The notes below the pieces were generated by a model that made no database searches, was not told the DNA's origin, and saw nothing but the letters and a program-made list of their open reading frames with translations. Shown piece by piece: positions 36,303 to 46,091 of a stretch of DNA of 64,000 bases (positions are counted from its first letter, which is position 1; the number at the start of each line of letters is the position of its first letter). Both the position numbers and the translations under genes were made by a program. The DNA is taken from NCBI GenBank assembly GCA_014360195.1, contig JACIXY010000003.1:17100-81099 (forward strand), in the 5' to 3' direction. This stretch comes from Bacillota bacterium. Lineage in GTDB: Bacteria > Bacillota > SHA-98 > UBA4971.

Positions 36303-37562
36303 TCACGGATAGATGCCTCTCAGCTTCACGGCCTCCGCCACCCTTGAGATCGCAAGCATATAGGCGGCGTTCCTCATGTGGACCTTCCTCTTCTGCGCCA
36401 TGTCGAGCACCGCTTCGAAGCTGTGATTCATAATCTGTTCCAGCTTCCTGTTGACTTCCTCTTCCGTCCAATAGTAGACCATGAGGTTCTGCACCCACTC
36501 GAAGTAGGAAACGGTCACGCCGCCCGCGTTCGCCAGGATGTCGGGGATGACCATGACGCCCTTATCGAAAAGGATGTCATCCGCCTCGGGAGTCGTCGGC
36601 CCGTTCGCCGCCTCGGCCACAACCCTGGCCCGCACATGCGGCGCATTGTCGGCCGTTATCTGGTTCTCGAGGGCGGCCGGCACAAGCACGTCGCAGTCGA
36701 GTTCAAGCAAGTCCGCGTTGGAGATGAACTCCGTTCCCTCGGCCTCCACCACGGAACCCGTGAGCTTCTTGTGGGCGAGAACCTTTGCCGGGTCAAGACC
36801 TTTGTCGCTGTACGCACCGCCCTTGGAGTCGGATACGGCAATGATCTTGCAGCCGTCTGCATGGAGGAGAGATGCAGCTATGGAACCGGCGTTGCCGTAG
36901 CCCTGGATGGCAACGCGCAGACGATCCATGGGGATTCCGAGATGCTTTGCAGCCTGCCTTATGGTGAACACGCAGCCCCTTGCAGTGGCTTCATTGCGCC
37001 CCAGCGACCCGCCCAGCTCGATGGGCTTGCCGGTCACCACGCCAGGCACGAACTTGCCCTTGTGGATGCTGTAGGTGTCCATGATCCACGCCATGACCTG
37101 GGCGTTAGTGTAGACGTCCGGCGCCGGGATATCTGTATACGGCCCTATGATGCTGCTGATCTCGGTCGTAAAGCGCCTGGTGAGCCTCTCAATCTCGCCC
37201 TGGGACATCTCTTTGGGGTTGCACACCACGCCGCCTTTTGCACCGCCGAACGGGATGCCGACCACTGCGCACTTCCAGGTCATCCACATTGCGAGCGCTT
37301 TGACCTCGTCGAAAGTCACGCCAGGGTGGTACCTAATGCCGCCTTTGCCCGGGCCCCTCGCGGTGTTGTGGATGACCCGGTAGCCCGTTATGACCTTCAC
37401 CGTGCCGTCGTCCATCTTGACAGGAAACGCCACCTCAAGAGCTGTCTTGGGATGGCGTAATAGTTCACGTATTCCCGGGTCGATATCCAGTTTCTCCGCG
37501 ACGGCGTCATACTGCTGTAGGGCGATCTCGTAGGCGCTCTTCGGCCTCGTCTCCCCGCTCAT
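36303..37562 (-). CDS. gdhA: Glutamate dehydrogenase (Glu/Leu/Phe/Val dehydrogenase family)
   Basis: [11 protein letters not shown], catalytic-Lys block [10 protein letters not shown], and Rossmann motif [11 protein letters not shown]. Confidence 0.93.
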   Translation of the reverse strand: MSGETRPKSAYEIALQQYDAVAEKLDIDPGIRELLRHPKTALEVAFPVKMDDGTVKVITGYRVIHNTARGPGKGGIRYHPGVTFDEVKALAMWMTWKCAVVGIPFGGAKGGVVCNPKEMSQGEIERLTRRFTTEISSIIGPYTDIPAPDVYTNAQVMAWIMDTYSIHKGKFVPGVVTGKPIELGGSLGRNEATARGCVFTIRQAAKHLGIPMDRLRVAIQGYGNAGSIAASLLHADGCKIIAVSDSKGGAYSDKGLDPAKVLAHKKLTGSVVEAEGTEFISNADLLELDCDVLVPAALENQITADNAPHVRARVVAEAANGPTTPEADDILFDKGVMVIPDILANAGGVTVSYFEWVQNLMVYYWTEEEVNRKLEQIMNHSFEAVLDMAQKRKVHMRNAAYMLAISRVAEAVKLRGIYP

Positions 37563-37625
37563 TTTGCATTCCTCTCCTCTCTTGCGTGCTGGATGACGTG
37601 AGAGATCCTGACAACACCCTGCATC

Positions 37626-37640
37626 GCAAACTGCGTGCCA
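37626..37640 (-). promoter_or_regulatory. Sigma-54 (-24/-12) promoter upstream of gdh
   Basis: Minus strand reads TGGCACGCAGTTTGC, an exact match to TGGCAC-N5-TTGC. The -12 GC lies about 64 nt upstream of the gdh ATG. Confidence 0.7.
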
Positions 37641-37785
37641 ACATCACATCGTCGGCCATTTGCGCGGCAATGGCACGGCGCCCGCGTGCACCGCAGCTCT
37701 ACGCCCATATTCCCATTCTCCCCGGTGAACTCCACGGTCGGACAGCGGTCACATGTGCAACCCTCTGCATGGTCGCAGAGAAAGA

Positions 37786-37803
37786 TTGCACTTTTTTGCA
37801 CAA
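37786..37803. promoter_or_regulatory. Candidate enhancer (UAS) for the gdh sigma-54 promoter
   Basis: TTGCAC-tttt-TTGCAC-AA (TGCA-N6-TGCA on either strand), about 150 nt upstream of the -24 element, a typical EBP distance. Purely positional and pattern-based. Confidence 0.3.
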
Positions 37804-37918
37804 ACCCGGCCGGCCTCGCTGCCCGGGACCGGCCGTTCATCCGTCTGTCGTCGCAGCCGTGTCAGGATTTCTTACAGCATTCCTGGACCACCTGAAACGC
37901 AAACCGCATAGCTTACTT

Positions 37919-39295
37919 CTACGGGACCCGGGCATCTCCTGCTTCACCGGCACCAGGCGCTAAAGTCTCGCCCACAAGATCGTAGTCGCCCGCGTCAACT
38001 ATTCTCACACGCCGGAACTCCCCCGGTGCCGGGTGCTCGTTGCCGATGTAAATGAGACCGTCTATCTCCGGCGCCTCCGCCTGGGAGCGACCCACTGTGA
38101 CAAGATCGCTCTCCTCCGAACGCCCCTCGATGAGCACATCGAACACCTTACCCACCCTGGCCTCGTTCTTCTCGCGGGAGATGGTCTTCTGCACCTCCAT
38201 GGCCTCGCGCCGCCGTCTCTCCTTCACCCGTGCGGGCACCCGGCCATGCAGCCTCGCCGCCGGCGTGCCCGGCTGCGGGGAGTAGGCGAACACCCCGACC
38301 CTGTCGAGGCGGACTTCCTTCAGAAAGTCGAGAAGCCGCCCGAACTTCTCATCGGTTTCCCCCGGAAACCCCACGATGAACGTGCTCCTTATGGTGACGT
38401 CGGGCATCGCTTGCCGGAACCTCGCGATGATCTCGCGCGCGTCGTCCGAAGTCCCCCGGCGGTTCATAGCCCGGAGGATGTCGTCATCGGCGTGCTGAAG
38501 AGGCAGGTCAACATACTTGCAGATCTTAGGCTCGGAGGCCATGACCTCGATAAGCTCGCCAGTTACCCTCGTCGGGTACATGTATAGGACCCGCACCCAC
38601 CTCGGGCCATCGACCTTGCAGACCTCCCGAAGCAGCCTTGCGAGGGACGGGTGCCCATAGATGTCCTCTCCGTACCTCGTGGTGTCTTGGGCAATCAGGA
38701 TGAGTTCCTTCGCCCCGCCACGCGCAAGCTTCCGGACCTCGGCGATGATGGACTCCATGGGTCTCGACCGATAGGGCCCACGAAGGTCCGGGATCACACA
38801 GTACGAACACTGGTTGCTGCAGCCCTCTGCGATCTTGACGTAGGCCACATAAGGCGGGGTTGAGAGGATGCGTGGGGCGTTCTCGTCATACAGGTAGCAG
38901 GGGGTGCCGACAAGCCTGACCCGCTCGCCCGAAAGGGCCCTCCTGACCACATCGGCGATCAGGGGAAAGTCGCCCGTGCCGACCACGGCGTCAATCTCAG
39001 GTATCTCCGCGAGGAGCTCGGACGCGAACCTCTGGGCGAGACACCCCGTAACCACTAGCGCGCGGCACCGCCCCGCTTCCTTGTGTTTCGCGAGGTCAAG
39101 TATGGTGTCGACCGCCTCCTGTTGCGCCTCACCTATGAAGGCGCAGGTGTTCACGACAATGACGTCGGCGTCCCCCGGGAACGACGTCATCCGGTAGCCC
39201 GCCGCAGTGAGGAGGCCCGCCATCACCTCGGAGTCCACCAGGTTTTTTGCGCATCCCAGGGATACCAGGGCAACAGCTTCGCTCATAACACTCAC
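37919..39295 (-). CDS. rimO: Ribosomal protein S12 methylthiotransferase RimO
   Basis: MTTase N-domain (VSLGCAKNLVDSE), radical SAM motif CSNQCSYCVIP, and a C-terminal TRAM domain. Confidence 0.92.
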   Translation of the reverse strand: MSVMSEAVALVSLGCAKNLVDSEVMAGLLTAAGYRMTSFPGDADVIVVNTCAFIGEAQQEAVDTILDLAKHKEAGRCRALVVTGCLAQRFASELLAEIPEIDAVVGTGDFPLIADVVRRALSGERVRLVGTPCYLYDENAPRILSTPPYVAYVKIAEGCSNQCSYCVIPDLRGPYRSRPMESIIAEVRKLARGGAKELILIAQDTTRYGEDIYGHPSLARLLREVCKVDGPRWVRVLYMYPTRVTGELIEVMASEPKICKYVDLPLQHADDDILRAMNRRGTSDDAREIIARFRQAMPDVTIRSTFIVGFPGETDEKFGRLLDFLKEVRLDRVGVFAYSPQPGTPAARLHGRVPARVKERRRREAMEVQKTISREKNEARVGKVFDVLIEGRSEESDLVTVGRSQAEAPEIDGLIYIGNEHPAPGEFRRVRIVDAGDYDLVGETLAPGAGEAGDARVP

Positions 39296-40188
39296 GGATA
39301 TATTGCCCGAAGCCCCCCAGGAATAAGAGTGAACTCCATCGATTCGGTCACGAACGCCTCGCCGTCCATATGGAGCGGCACGGGGGCAGACGAGCGGATG
39401 GATACGTACCGCCCGCGCAGCATGGTGGCCTTTTCCATCTTAGTGTGAGATCCCGTGAAGACCTTCGGAAGGTTGTATAGCGTCTCCAAGCTCCCCATGG
39501 ACTCGACAACGCATATGTCGTACAGCCCGTCGTCAGGCTCCGCATAAGGCACGATCTTCATGCCCCCGGCATACGTCCTGCCGATGCCGACCGCCACAAG
39601 AAGCGGCCGCACCGTCATCACCTTCTCGTCCACTGTCAAAAGCATCTCGCACGCTTTGTAGTCCGCCAGCGTCTTCAGGACGGCGATAACGTAGAGAGGC
39701 GCCCCGCGCACCGGAAGCCACCTCAAGTCATTGCTGGCCACCCTGGCGACGGTGGCGTCGAACCCGACTCCGACGGCGTTGACGAAGTACCTGTCGATGA
39801 CGCGCCCGAGGTCGCGCTTGCGCATCTTGCCACTTAGAAGGACGCGGCACGCCTGCTCGACATCCTTGGGGATCCCCAGGCTGATGGCCATATCGTTCCC
39901 GCTGCCGCACGGGATGACTCCAAGAGCCGCCTCTCGCCCGGCTATGCCGTTGGCGACCTCGTTTGTGGTGCCATCACCTCCCGCCGCCGCGATCACCTCG
40001 TACCCTTCGTCTACCGCCCTGCTAGCCGCTGTTATGGCGTCGCCAGGCCCCCGGGTCACGTAGATGTCGTAGTCCGCCTTGCCCTTCTCTAGCGCGCGGC
40101 AGATGACCGGAATGGCCCTCGCCGCGCGGCCTCGCCCTGCCATAGGATTCACGATAACCTTAACCCGCAACCCGCCAACCCCCTGCAT
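39292..40188 (-). CDS. Diacylglycerol/lipid kinase family protein (YegS/BmrU type)
   Basis: VIVNPMAGRG and AAGGDGTTNEV motifs. The stop overlaps the rimO start. Confidence 0.85.
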   Translation of the reverse strand: MQGVGGLRVKVIVNPMAGRGRAARAIPVICRALEKGKADYDIYVTRGPGDAITAASRAVDEGYEVIAAAGGDGTTNEVANGIAGREAALGVIPCGSGNDMAISLGIPKDVEQACRVLLSGKMRKRDLGRVIDRYFVNAVGVGFDATVARVASNDLRWLPVRGAPLYVIAVLKTLADYKACEMLLTVDEKVMTVRPLLVAVGIGRTYAGGMKIVPYAEPDDGLYDICVVESMGSLETLYNLPKVFTGSHTKMEKATMLRGRYVSIRSSAPVPLHMDGEAFVTESMEFTLIPGGLRAIYP

Positions 40189-40436
40189 TCTCCAGACTGC
40201 ACCCGCCCCGCCCGGTCCTCACCTGCGGCGGGCACTTTGGCCTGTCCACCTGGCGCCGGCTCCGCGCCGCCCGGTGCTCCCCACCACGAAAACTGCGGGT
40301 CTACTAATTCTACACGAAGCAAGACATTCCTACCATAAGCGCAAAAAAGCGGCCCGGGCATCTGCCCGTCCGCTCTTTCTCAAGGTGCCCCGCCCGCTGC
40401 TTCATGAGCCGAAAACCCCGCCGCGTCAAATACCCT

Positions 40437-40499
40437 CTAGGTGGGGGTGCAGAAATGCTTCCGACTTTGTGGAGGGTTGCCGGTGACTCAAAGAAAGAG
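40437..40499 (-). repeat. R6: truncated half-copy (right arm + half hairpin), reverse orientation
   Basis: CTAGGTGGGGGTGCAGAAATGCTTCCGACTTTGTGGAGGGTTGCCGGTGACTCAAAGAAAGAG. It ends exactly at the E2 stop codon (40500-40502). Confidence 0.8.
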
Positions 40500-41861
40500 T
40501 TAGATGCCAGTGTCAGGATCAAGCGACTCGATGATCTCCTTCACCCGTCCCAGGAACTTCGCGGCGCTTGCCCCGTCAAGCACGCGATGGTCGGCGGAGA
40601 GGGTCAGCCTCATCACCATGCCCGGGACCACGGTGCTTCCCTTCACAACGGGCCGCTCCCGGACGGCGCCCACCCCGAGGATCGCAGCCTGTGGCGGGTT
40701 GATTATCGCGCACAGCTCGTCCACGCCGAACATGCCGAGGTTGGATATGGTGAAGGTACCACCCGCGACATTCTCCGGCTCGAGGCGGCCCTCCCTGGCG
40801 CGGCCCGCAAGCTCCTTTGTCTCCCGGGCAATCTCAAAAAGCGTCTTGCTGTCTGCGTCATGGACGACGGGCACCACGAGGCCCTGTTCTGTCGCGACAG
40901 CCACGCCAATATTGATTTCCTGGTAGATGACGACCCCGTCGTCAGCCGCCGACGCGTTGGCGTGGCGATGCTCGGCGAGGGCCCTCGCCACCGCCTTGAC
41001 GAGGATGTCGTTGATGGAGGGCCGGACGGTCTCACCTGTTTCGCCACAGGAAACATCCCCAAGGATCCTCTCCCTGAATGCAAGGAGCGCCGTCGCGTCC
41101 ACGTCCATGGATATGTAGAAATGTGGTGCCGTCCGAAAGCTCATGCTGGTTCTCTCGGCAGAGGTCCTTCCGATAGCTGTATACGGGACGCTCGTCCCCG
41201 AAGGGGCGGTCCCCAGAGGACCAGCATGAGGCTCTCCTGCGCCACGCTCCCCTGTGGCCCTGGCAATGATATCCGCCGCCGCCCCGAGCATCCTGTCGAG
41301 GAAGGCGCGCACGTCTCCCTCCACCACGCGTCCGCCCGGGCCCGTTCCTGGGACCTTCGCGAGGTCCACGTTGTGTTCCCGGGCAAGCTTCTTTGCTGCT
41401 GGCGAGGCACGGACGACGTCACCTGCCGCCCCCGGTGCCTCGGGCCGCCCGCAGGGCGGCGTCACTCCTTCGCCGCGAGGACCTCCGATCGCGGACGCCG
41501 ACGCCCTGTCCGACCCTGCCGCCCCCTGGGGCTGCGCCGGCCCCTGATTCTCCTCTTGTCCATGTTCGGGCTCTTGCCGGGGGCCTTCGCCCCCGCCTGC
41601 CTGCCCTGGTGCACCAGCCTCGGCTGTCACCTCGGCACGCGCCACCACCGCCCCAACGGGAACGGTCTCCCCCTCGTTTACGAGGATCTCCGCAATCCTC
41701 CCATCCGTCTGAGCTTCAACGGCGAAGGTGATCTTGTCGGTGACGGCCTCGAAGAGCGGGTCTCCTTTCCTGTACGGCTCGCCCTTTGACACGATCCACC
41801 TGGCGAGAGTCCCCTCGCTCATCGTGAGGCCCAGTTTCGGCATGACGATATCCTGCAGCAT
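40500..41861 (-). CDS. Dihydrolipoamide acyltransferase (E2) of a 2-oxoacid dehydrogenase complex
   Basis: Lipoyl domain (IVMPKLGLTMSEGTLARW...AVTDKITF), E1/E3-binding domain (ASPAAKKLAREHNVDLAKVPGTGPGGRV), and catalytic DHRVLDGA. Confidence 0.9.
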   Translation of the reverse strand: MLQDIVMPKLGLTMSEGTLARWIVSKGEPYRKGDPLFEAVTDKITFAVEAQTDGRIAEILVNEGETVPVGAVVARAEVTAEAGAPGQAGGGEGPRQEPEHGQEENQGPAQPQGAAGSDRASASAIGGPRGEGVTPPCGRPEAPGAAGDVVRASPAAKKLAREHNVDLAKVPGTGPGGRVVEGDVRAFLDRMLGAAADIIARATGERGAGEPHAGPLGTAPSGTSVPYTAIGRTSAERTSMSFRTAPHFYISMDVDATALLAFRERILGDVSCGETGETVRPSINDILVKAVARALAEHRHANASAADDGVVIYQEINIGVAVATEQGLVVPVVHDADSKTLFEIARETKELAGRAREGRLEPENVAGGTFTISNLGMFGVDELCAIINPPQAAILGVGAVRERPVVKGSTVVPGMVMRLTLSADHRVLDGASAAKFLGRVKEIIESLDPDTGI

Positions 41862-41918
41862 GAGCGATATCCTCCTGTCCCGTCCAGCAGAGCCCGGGTG
41901 CCCGGGCCACTCTCCGAC

Positions 41919-42043
41919 CTAAGTGCGGGTTCGTTAGTTCCTCCCACTTTGCCAACATCTGGGGTTTCCCGGTGACTCAAAGAGAGAGTGTAACACCGGC
42001 AACCCCTCCCAAGAGTCGGGAACATTTCTGCACTCTCACTCAG
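41919..42043 (+). repeat. R7: short form whose central hairpin module is inverted relative to the arms
   Basis: The arms are in forward orientation (CTAAGTGCGGGTTCGTTAGTT... / ...AGTCGGGAACATTTCTGCACTCTCACTCAG). The core reads CCGGTG-actcaaagagagagtgtaa-CACCGG, the reverse complement of the R1/R3 core. The dctM TGA stop (42042-42040) lies in the right end. Confidence 0.9.
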
Positions 42044-43329
42044 TGCATAAGAAGGCCCGGAAGCCACGTCGATAGCACCGGAACGTACGTGATGATAAGG
42101 AGTGCCACGATCGCCGCGATCACAAACGGCACCACTGCCCGCGAGATCTCGTCCATGGAGATCCCCGCGATGTTGGCACCCACGTACAGGTTCACAGCGA
42201 CCGGCGGCGTGACCTGTCCGACCGCCAGGTTCACACACATGAGAATACCGAACCAGATCGGGTCCCACCCGAAGTGCGCCATGATGGGCATGAGGAGCGG
42301 CGTGAGTATATAGTAGATGGAGATGGCATCGAGCAGCATCCCGGCGATAAGGAGAACGACGTTGATGATGAGGAGCACAAGATACTGATTGGAGCTTATG
42401 GCAATCGCCGCCTGCGATACCTTCTCCACCACCCCGAGCGTCGTCATGGCCCATCCGAAGATCCCCGCGAGCGAGACGACGAGCATGACCACAGCGGACG
42501 ACACGCACGCCTCAACGAGCAATTCATAGAGGTCCTTCAAGGTAAGCGTGCGGTATATGACGAACCCCACGAAGAGTCCGTATACGACTGCGACCGCCGC
42601 TGCCTCAGTCGGCGTGAAGATGCCACCGTATATCCCGCCCAGGATTATGAGGGGCGCGATAAGCCCCCAGAACGCTTCTTTGAACGCACGCCAGACCTCG
42701 GCCAGCTTCCCGAAGGCGCCGCCCCGGTAATCGCGGGCAACCGAGATGAGAAACGCCGCGATTATCAGGAACACGCCCACCACGATCCCGGGCACTATCC
42801 CTGCGATGAACAGTTTGCCTATGGACGCCCCGGTGATCACACCGTACACGATGAAGGCGATGCTCGGCGGGATGATTATCGCGAGCCCCGCCGACGCCGA
42901 CATGAGGGCGGCCGCGAAACCTTTATCGTATCCCTCTCTCACCATCCCGGGGATGAGGATCGTCCCCAGCGCCGCCACGGTCGCAGGTCCCGAGCCAGAC
43001 ACAGCACCCCAGAAAAGGGCGGTTATGACCGTGACCACAGCAAGCCCGCCCCTGATGGGACCCACGATCAGGGAGATCAGGCGGATTATCTTATCGGATA
43101 TCTTCGCCCTCCCCATTATGACCCCGGCCAGGATGAAAAACGGGATGGCGAGGAGGGAGAATTTCGAGATGTTTGCGAAGAACACCGGCGCGAACATTGC
43201 GGAGCCGAGCCCACTGAGGTAGACCACGGCCATGCCCGCGATCCCGAGTGCCACCGCTACGGGCACCCTGGCCACCAGAAGGATGAGAAAGAGGCCCAGA
43301 AGGACGATTCCTGGATCTATCGCTGCCAC
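42040..43329 (-). CDS. dctM: TRAP transporter large permease (DctM family)
   Basis: 429-aa polytopic protein with typical DctM composition and length, following dctQ/dctP. Confidence 0.9.
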   Translation of the reverse strand: MAAIDPGIVLLGLFLILLVARVPVAVALGIAGMAVVYLSGLGSAMFAPVFFANISKFSLLAIPFFILAGVIMGRAKISDKIIRLISLIVGPIRGGLAVVTVITALFWGAVSGSGPATVAALGTILIPGMVREGYDKGFAAALMSASAGLAIIIPPSIAFIVYGVITGASIGKLFIAGIVPGIVVGVFLIIAAFLISVARDYRGGAFGKLAEVWRAFKEAFWGLIAPLIILGGIYGGIFTPTEAAAVAVVYGLFVGFVIYRTLTLKDLYELLVEACVSSAVVMLVVSLAGIFGWAMTTLGVVEKVSQAAIAISSNQYLVLLIINVVLLIAGMLLDAISIYYILTPLLMPIMAHFGWDPIWFGILMCVNLAVGQVTPPVAVNLYVGANIAGISMDEISRAVVPFVIAAIVALLIITYVPVLSTWLPGLLMH

Positions 43330-43422
43330 GACATCACCCCCGCTATTCCTTCAACTCGTCCGGCGTAGCCGCCCGCGTCCGCCGTCCCGGGCGGCGCAGC
43401 CCCACCCCGGGCGACAACCCGC

Positions 43423-43950
43423 TCACGCCTTCCCGGCGGCCTTCCTCCGCCCGTCGCCTCCCCTGCGGCCGAGTTCCCGTATCTCGGTGAGGCCGGCCTG
43501 GACCACCCTGATGATCAGCAGGGCGCTGCCAACCGGCACCGCGAGCCCGAACCACCACATAGGAAGGCCCATCGAGTAGGTCGTCATCTGGGATCGGTAC
43601 TCAGAAACCACGAGGTTCACCCCGTGTGCGAAGAGCAGCGCGAAAAGCCCGCCGCCACATACCATGGAGATGACAGCGATGACTTTCTGGTATCTCCTCG
43701 GCAGGGCGTTCGCAGCCATGGTCATGCTGAGGTGCGCGCCCTTGCGCATGCCTATGGCCGCGCCAAGCATGGTAATCCACACGAAGAGGTTGACCAATAG
43801 CTCTTCGGAGAACGCGAACGACATCGTCGTGAGGTATCTCACGATGACGTTTGCAAAGGCAAGGAGCGCCATGAAAAGGAGCATAGCTGCGCACGTGTAC
43901 TCTTCGAATTTGTCAAGAAACTTGAGCAACGTCCTCCCTCCCCTCTCCAT
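43423..43950 (-). CDS. dctQ: TRAP transporter small permease (DctQ family)
   Basis: Four-TM small protein (LLKFLDKFEEYTCAAMLLFMALLAFANVIVRY). ATG 43950 is preferred over the track start at 44007, which overlaps dctP. Confidence 0.8.
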   Translation of the reverse strand: MERGGRTLLKFLDKFEEYTCAAMLLFMALLAFANVIVRYLTTMSFAFSEELLVNLFVWITMLGAAIGMRKGAHLSMTMAANALPRRYQKVIAVISMVCGGGLFALLFAHGVNLVVSEYRSQMTTYSMGLPMWWFGLAVPVGSALLIIRVVQAGLTEIRELGRRGGDGRRKAAGKA

Positions 43951-44003
43951 GTCGCGCGGGCGCCCTTCGTGCGGGCGCCCGCGCACGGCGCATGGGGTGC
44001 TCG

Positions 44004-45017
44004 TCACTTTACGCTCGCGACCGCTTCCTCGAAAGCTTTCACGATGTCAAGGCCAACCTTCTCTGCCCACTTGTCATAAACGGGTTTCGTCTTCTCGCGG
44101 AAGGCGGCAAGCTGCTCGGGGGTGAGGTCGGTCACGACCATGCCCTTCGACCTCAGGAAGTCGTTGCCCTCCTTGAGGCCCTGCCTGCTTATGCCGACCT
44201 GCCACTTCATGGCGTCGGCCGCCGCCCGCCGGAGCTGCTCCTGGATGTCCGCTGGGAAGCTTTGCCACACATTCTTGTTCACAGCGAGCACGAGCGCGTC
44301 ATATGAGTAGTGCCAGTTCGTGAGGTATTTCTGTACCTCGTAGACCTTTGTGGGGATTATGATCCCGACCACCGGGTTCTCCTGGCCGTCGATGACCCTC
44401 TGCTGCAACGAGGTGAAGACCTCACCCCAGTTCATGGCGACAGGGTTCGCGCCGAGTGCCCGCATGATGTCGACGTATATCGGGACGGTCACCCTGATCT
44501 TGAGGCCCTTCATGTCATCTGGCGAAGTGATGGGCCTCACGTTGTTGGTGAGTTCGCGGAACCCGTTCTCGCCCCACCCCAGGCCGACCATGTTGTACTT
44601 CTCGAGGACCTTGAAGAGCTTGTCGCCGGCGGGCGAGTTCACCGCCGCGTCCACCGCCTCATAGCTCGGAAAGAGGAACGGGAGGGCGAACACGTTGAAC
44701 TCGCTGATCATCGGCGAGATGTTGATGGTCGAGTTGAGCATGAAGTCGATGGCGCCGCTCTGCACCATCTCTGCCTGTCGCATCTGATCGCCGCCCACCA
44801 GAACCGCGTTGGGATACACCTTGATGTTGACCTTTCCGCCGGTATACTCCTTTGCAAGCTCGGCAAACTTCACCGCTCCTCTGCCCCATGCTGTCTCGTT
44901 GGCCACGTTGGTGGTAAGCTTATACTCGGCTTTCAGCTTCGCGGCTACGCTCGCCCCCGATGTGATGAGCGCGAACAGGGTCAGCATCACCGCAGCAAGG
45001 ATTATAACTCTTCTCAT
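44004..45017 (-). CDS. dctP: TRAP transporter substrate-binding protein (DctP family)
   Basis: Signal peptide plus DctP-like blocks (WGRGAVKFAELAKEYTGGKVNIKVYPN..LGGD, GLGWGENGFRELTN). Confidence 0.88.
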   Translation of the reverse strand: MRRVIILAAVMLTLFALITSGASVAAKLKAEYKLTTNVANETAWGRGAVKFAELAKEYTGGKVNIKVYPNAVLVGGDQMRQAEMVQSGAIDFMLNSTINISPMISEFNVFALPFLFPSYEAVDAAVNSPAGDKLFKVLEKYNMVGLGWGENGFRELTNNVRPITSPDDMKGLKIRVTVPIYVDIMRALGANPVAMNWGEVFTSLQQRVIDGQENPVVGIIIPTKVYEVQKYLTNWHYSYDALVLAVNKNVWQSFPADIQEQLRRAAADAMKWQVGISRQGLKEGNDFLRSKGMVVTDLTPEQLAAFREKTKPVYDKWAEKVGLDIVKAFEEAVASVK

Positions 45018-45119
45018 CGACGTGCACCCGGCATTCCCGGGCGCATCACCTCCTCGTCTCTGACGGTTTTCGAAGCGATTCTGGGTAGGTGACTTCAGCC
45101 GCGTCCGCCATTTTCGATG

Positions 45120-46091
45120 CTAGACGATCTTCCGCACCGCTTCCACTATCTCTTTCTTCCGAGGCACCACGCGCGCCTCCAGGGGCGGGCTGAACGGGAT
45201 CGGGACGTCAAGGGTTCCGACCCGGACAACCGGCGCATCAAGGTAATCGAACGCTTCTTCTGCGATCGTTGCGGCGATCTCCGCTCCGGCCCCACCGCGA
45301 CGGCAGGCCTCGTGGGCCACCACCACCTTCTTCGTTTTCCTCACCGACTGAAGGACCGTATCGATGTCCATCGGGACGAGAGTACGCAGGTCGACCACCT
45401 CGACCTCGATCCCGTCCCTGGCGAGATCCTCCGCGCCCTCCAGCGCCCTGTGGACCATGATCGAGTACGTGACGCACGTCACGTCCCTCCCGGGCCTCTT
45501 GACATCGGCTTTGCCTATGGGAACAATGTACTCTTCCTCGGGCACGGGGCCTTTCATGGCGAAGAGGGCCTTGTGCTCGAAGTAAAGCACTGGGTTGTCG
45601 TCCCTTATCGCGGCCTTCAGAAGCCCCTTTGCATCGTACGGCGTGGACGGGATCACAATCTTGAGACCCGGCACATGCACAAACCACGCCTCCAGGCTCT
45701 GCGAGTGCTGGGCTGCCGCGGACTTGATGACCCCGTCAGGCGCCCTCACCACGAGGGGCAACCGGGCCTGTCCACCGAACATGTATTGGATCTTCGCCGC
45801 CTGGTTCGCGATCTCATCCATCGCGCATGTGACAAAATCTGCAAAATGCATGTCCGCGACGGGCCTCATCCCCGTGAGCGCAGCCCCAACAGCCGAGCCC
45901 ACTATTGCGGTTTCGGATATCGGCGTGTCCAGCACCCTCTCATATCCGAACTCATTGGGAAGCCCTTTGAACTGGCCGAATATGCCTCCCTGCCGAGCTA
46001 TGTCCTCGCCGAGCACGAACACGGTTGGGTCGCGCCTCATCTCCTCGGCCATGGCCTCGAGCGTCGCCTGAGAGAACGTTATCTCCCTCAT
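45120..46091 (-). CDS. 2-oxoacid (pyruvate/acetoin-type) dehydrogenase E1 beta subunit
   Basis: MREITFSQATLEAMAEEM..DPTVFVLGEDI..GG.F transketolase-like pyrimidine-binding and C-terminal domains. ATG 46091 overlaps the E1 alpha TGA (ATGA). Confidence 0.92.
   Translation of the reverse strand: MREITFSQATLEAMAEEMRRDPTVFVLGEDIARQGGIFGQFKGLPNEFGYERVLDTPISETAIVGSAVGAALTGMRPVADMHFADFVTCAMDEIANQAAKIQYMFGGQARLPLVVRAPDGVIKSAAAQHSQSLEAWFVHVPGLKIVIPSTPYDAKGLLKAAIRDDNPVLYFEHKALFAMKGPVPEEEYIVPIGKADVKRPGRDVTCVTYSIMVHRALEGAEDLARDGIEVEVVDLRTLVPMDIDTVLQSVRKTKKVVVAHEACRRGGAGAEIAATIAEEAFDYLDAPVVRVGTLDVPIPFSPPLEARVVPRKKEIVEAVRKIV

Noticed and set aside
37805-37836. GC-rich inverted repeats downstream of rimO as a terminator
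   Set aside because: Several alternative pairings are possible (GGCCGG/CCGGCC), there is no clear T-tract, and the region overlaps the putative gdh enhancer. The call is too ambiguous to make.
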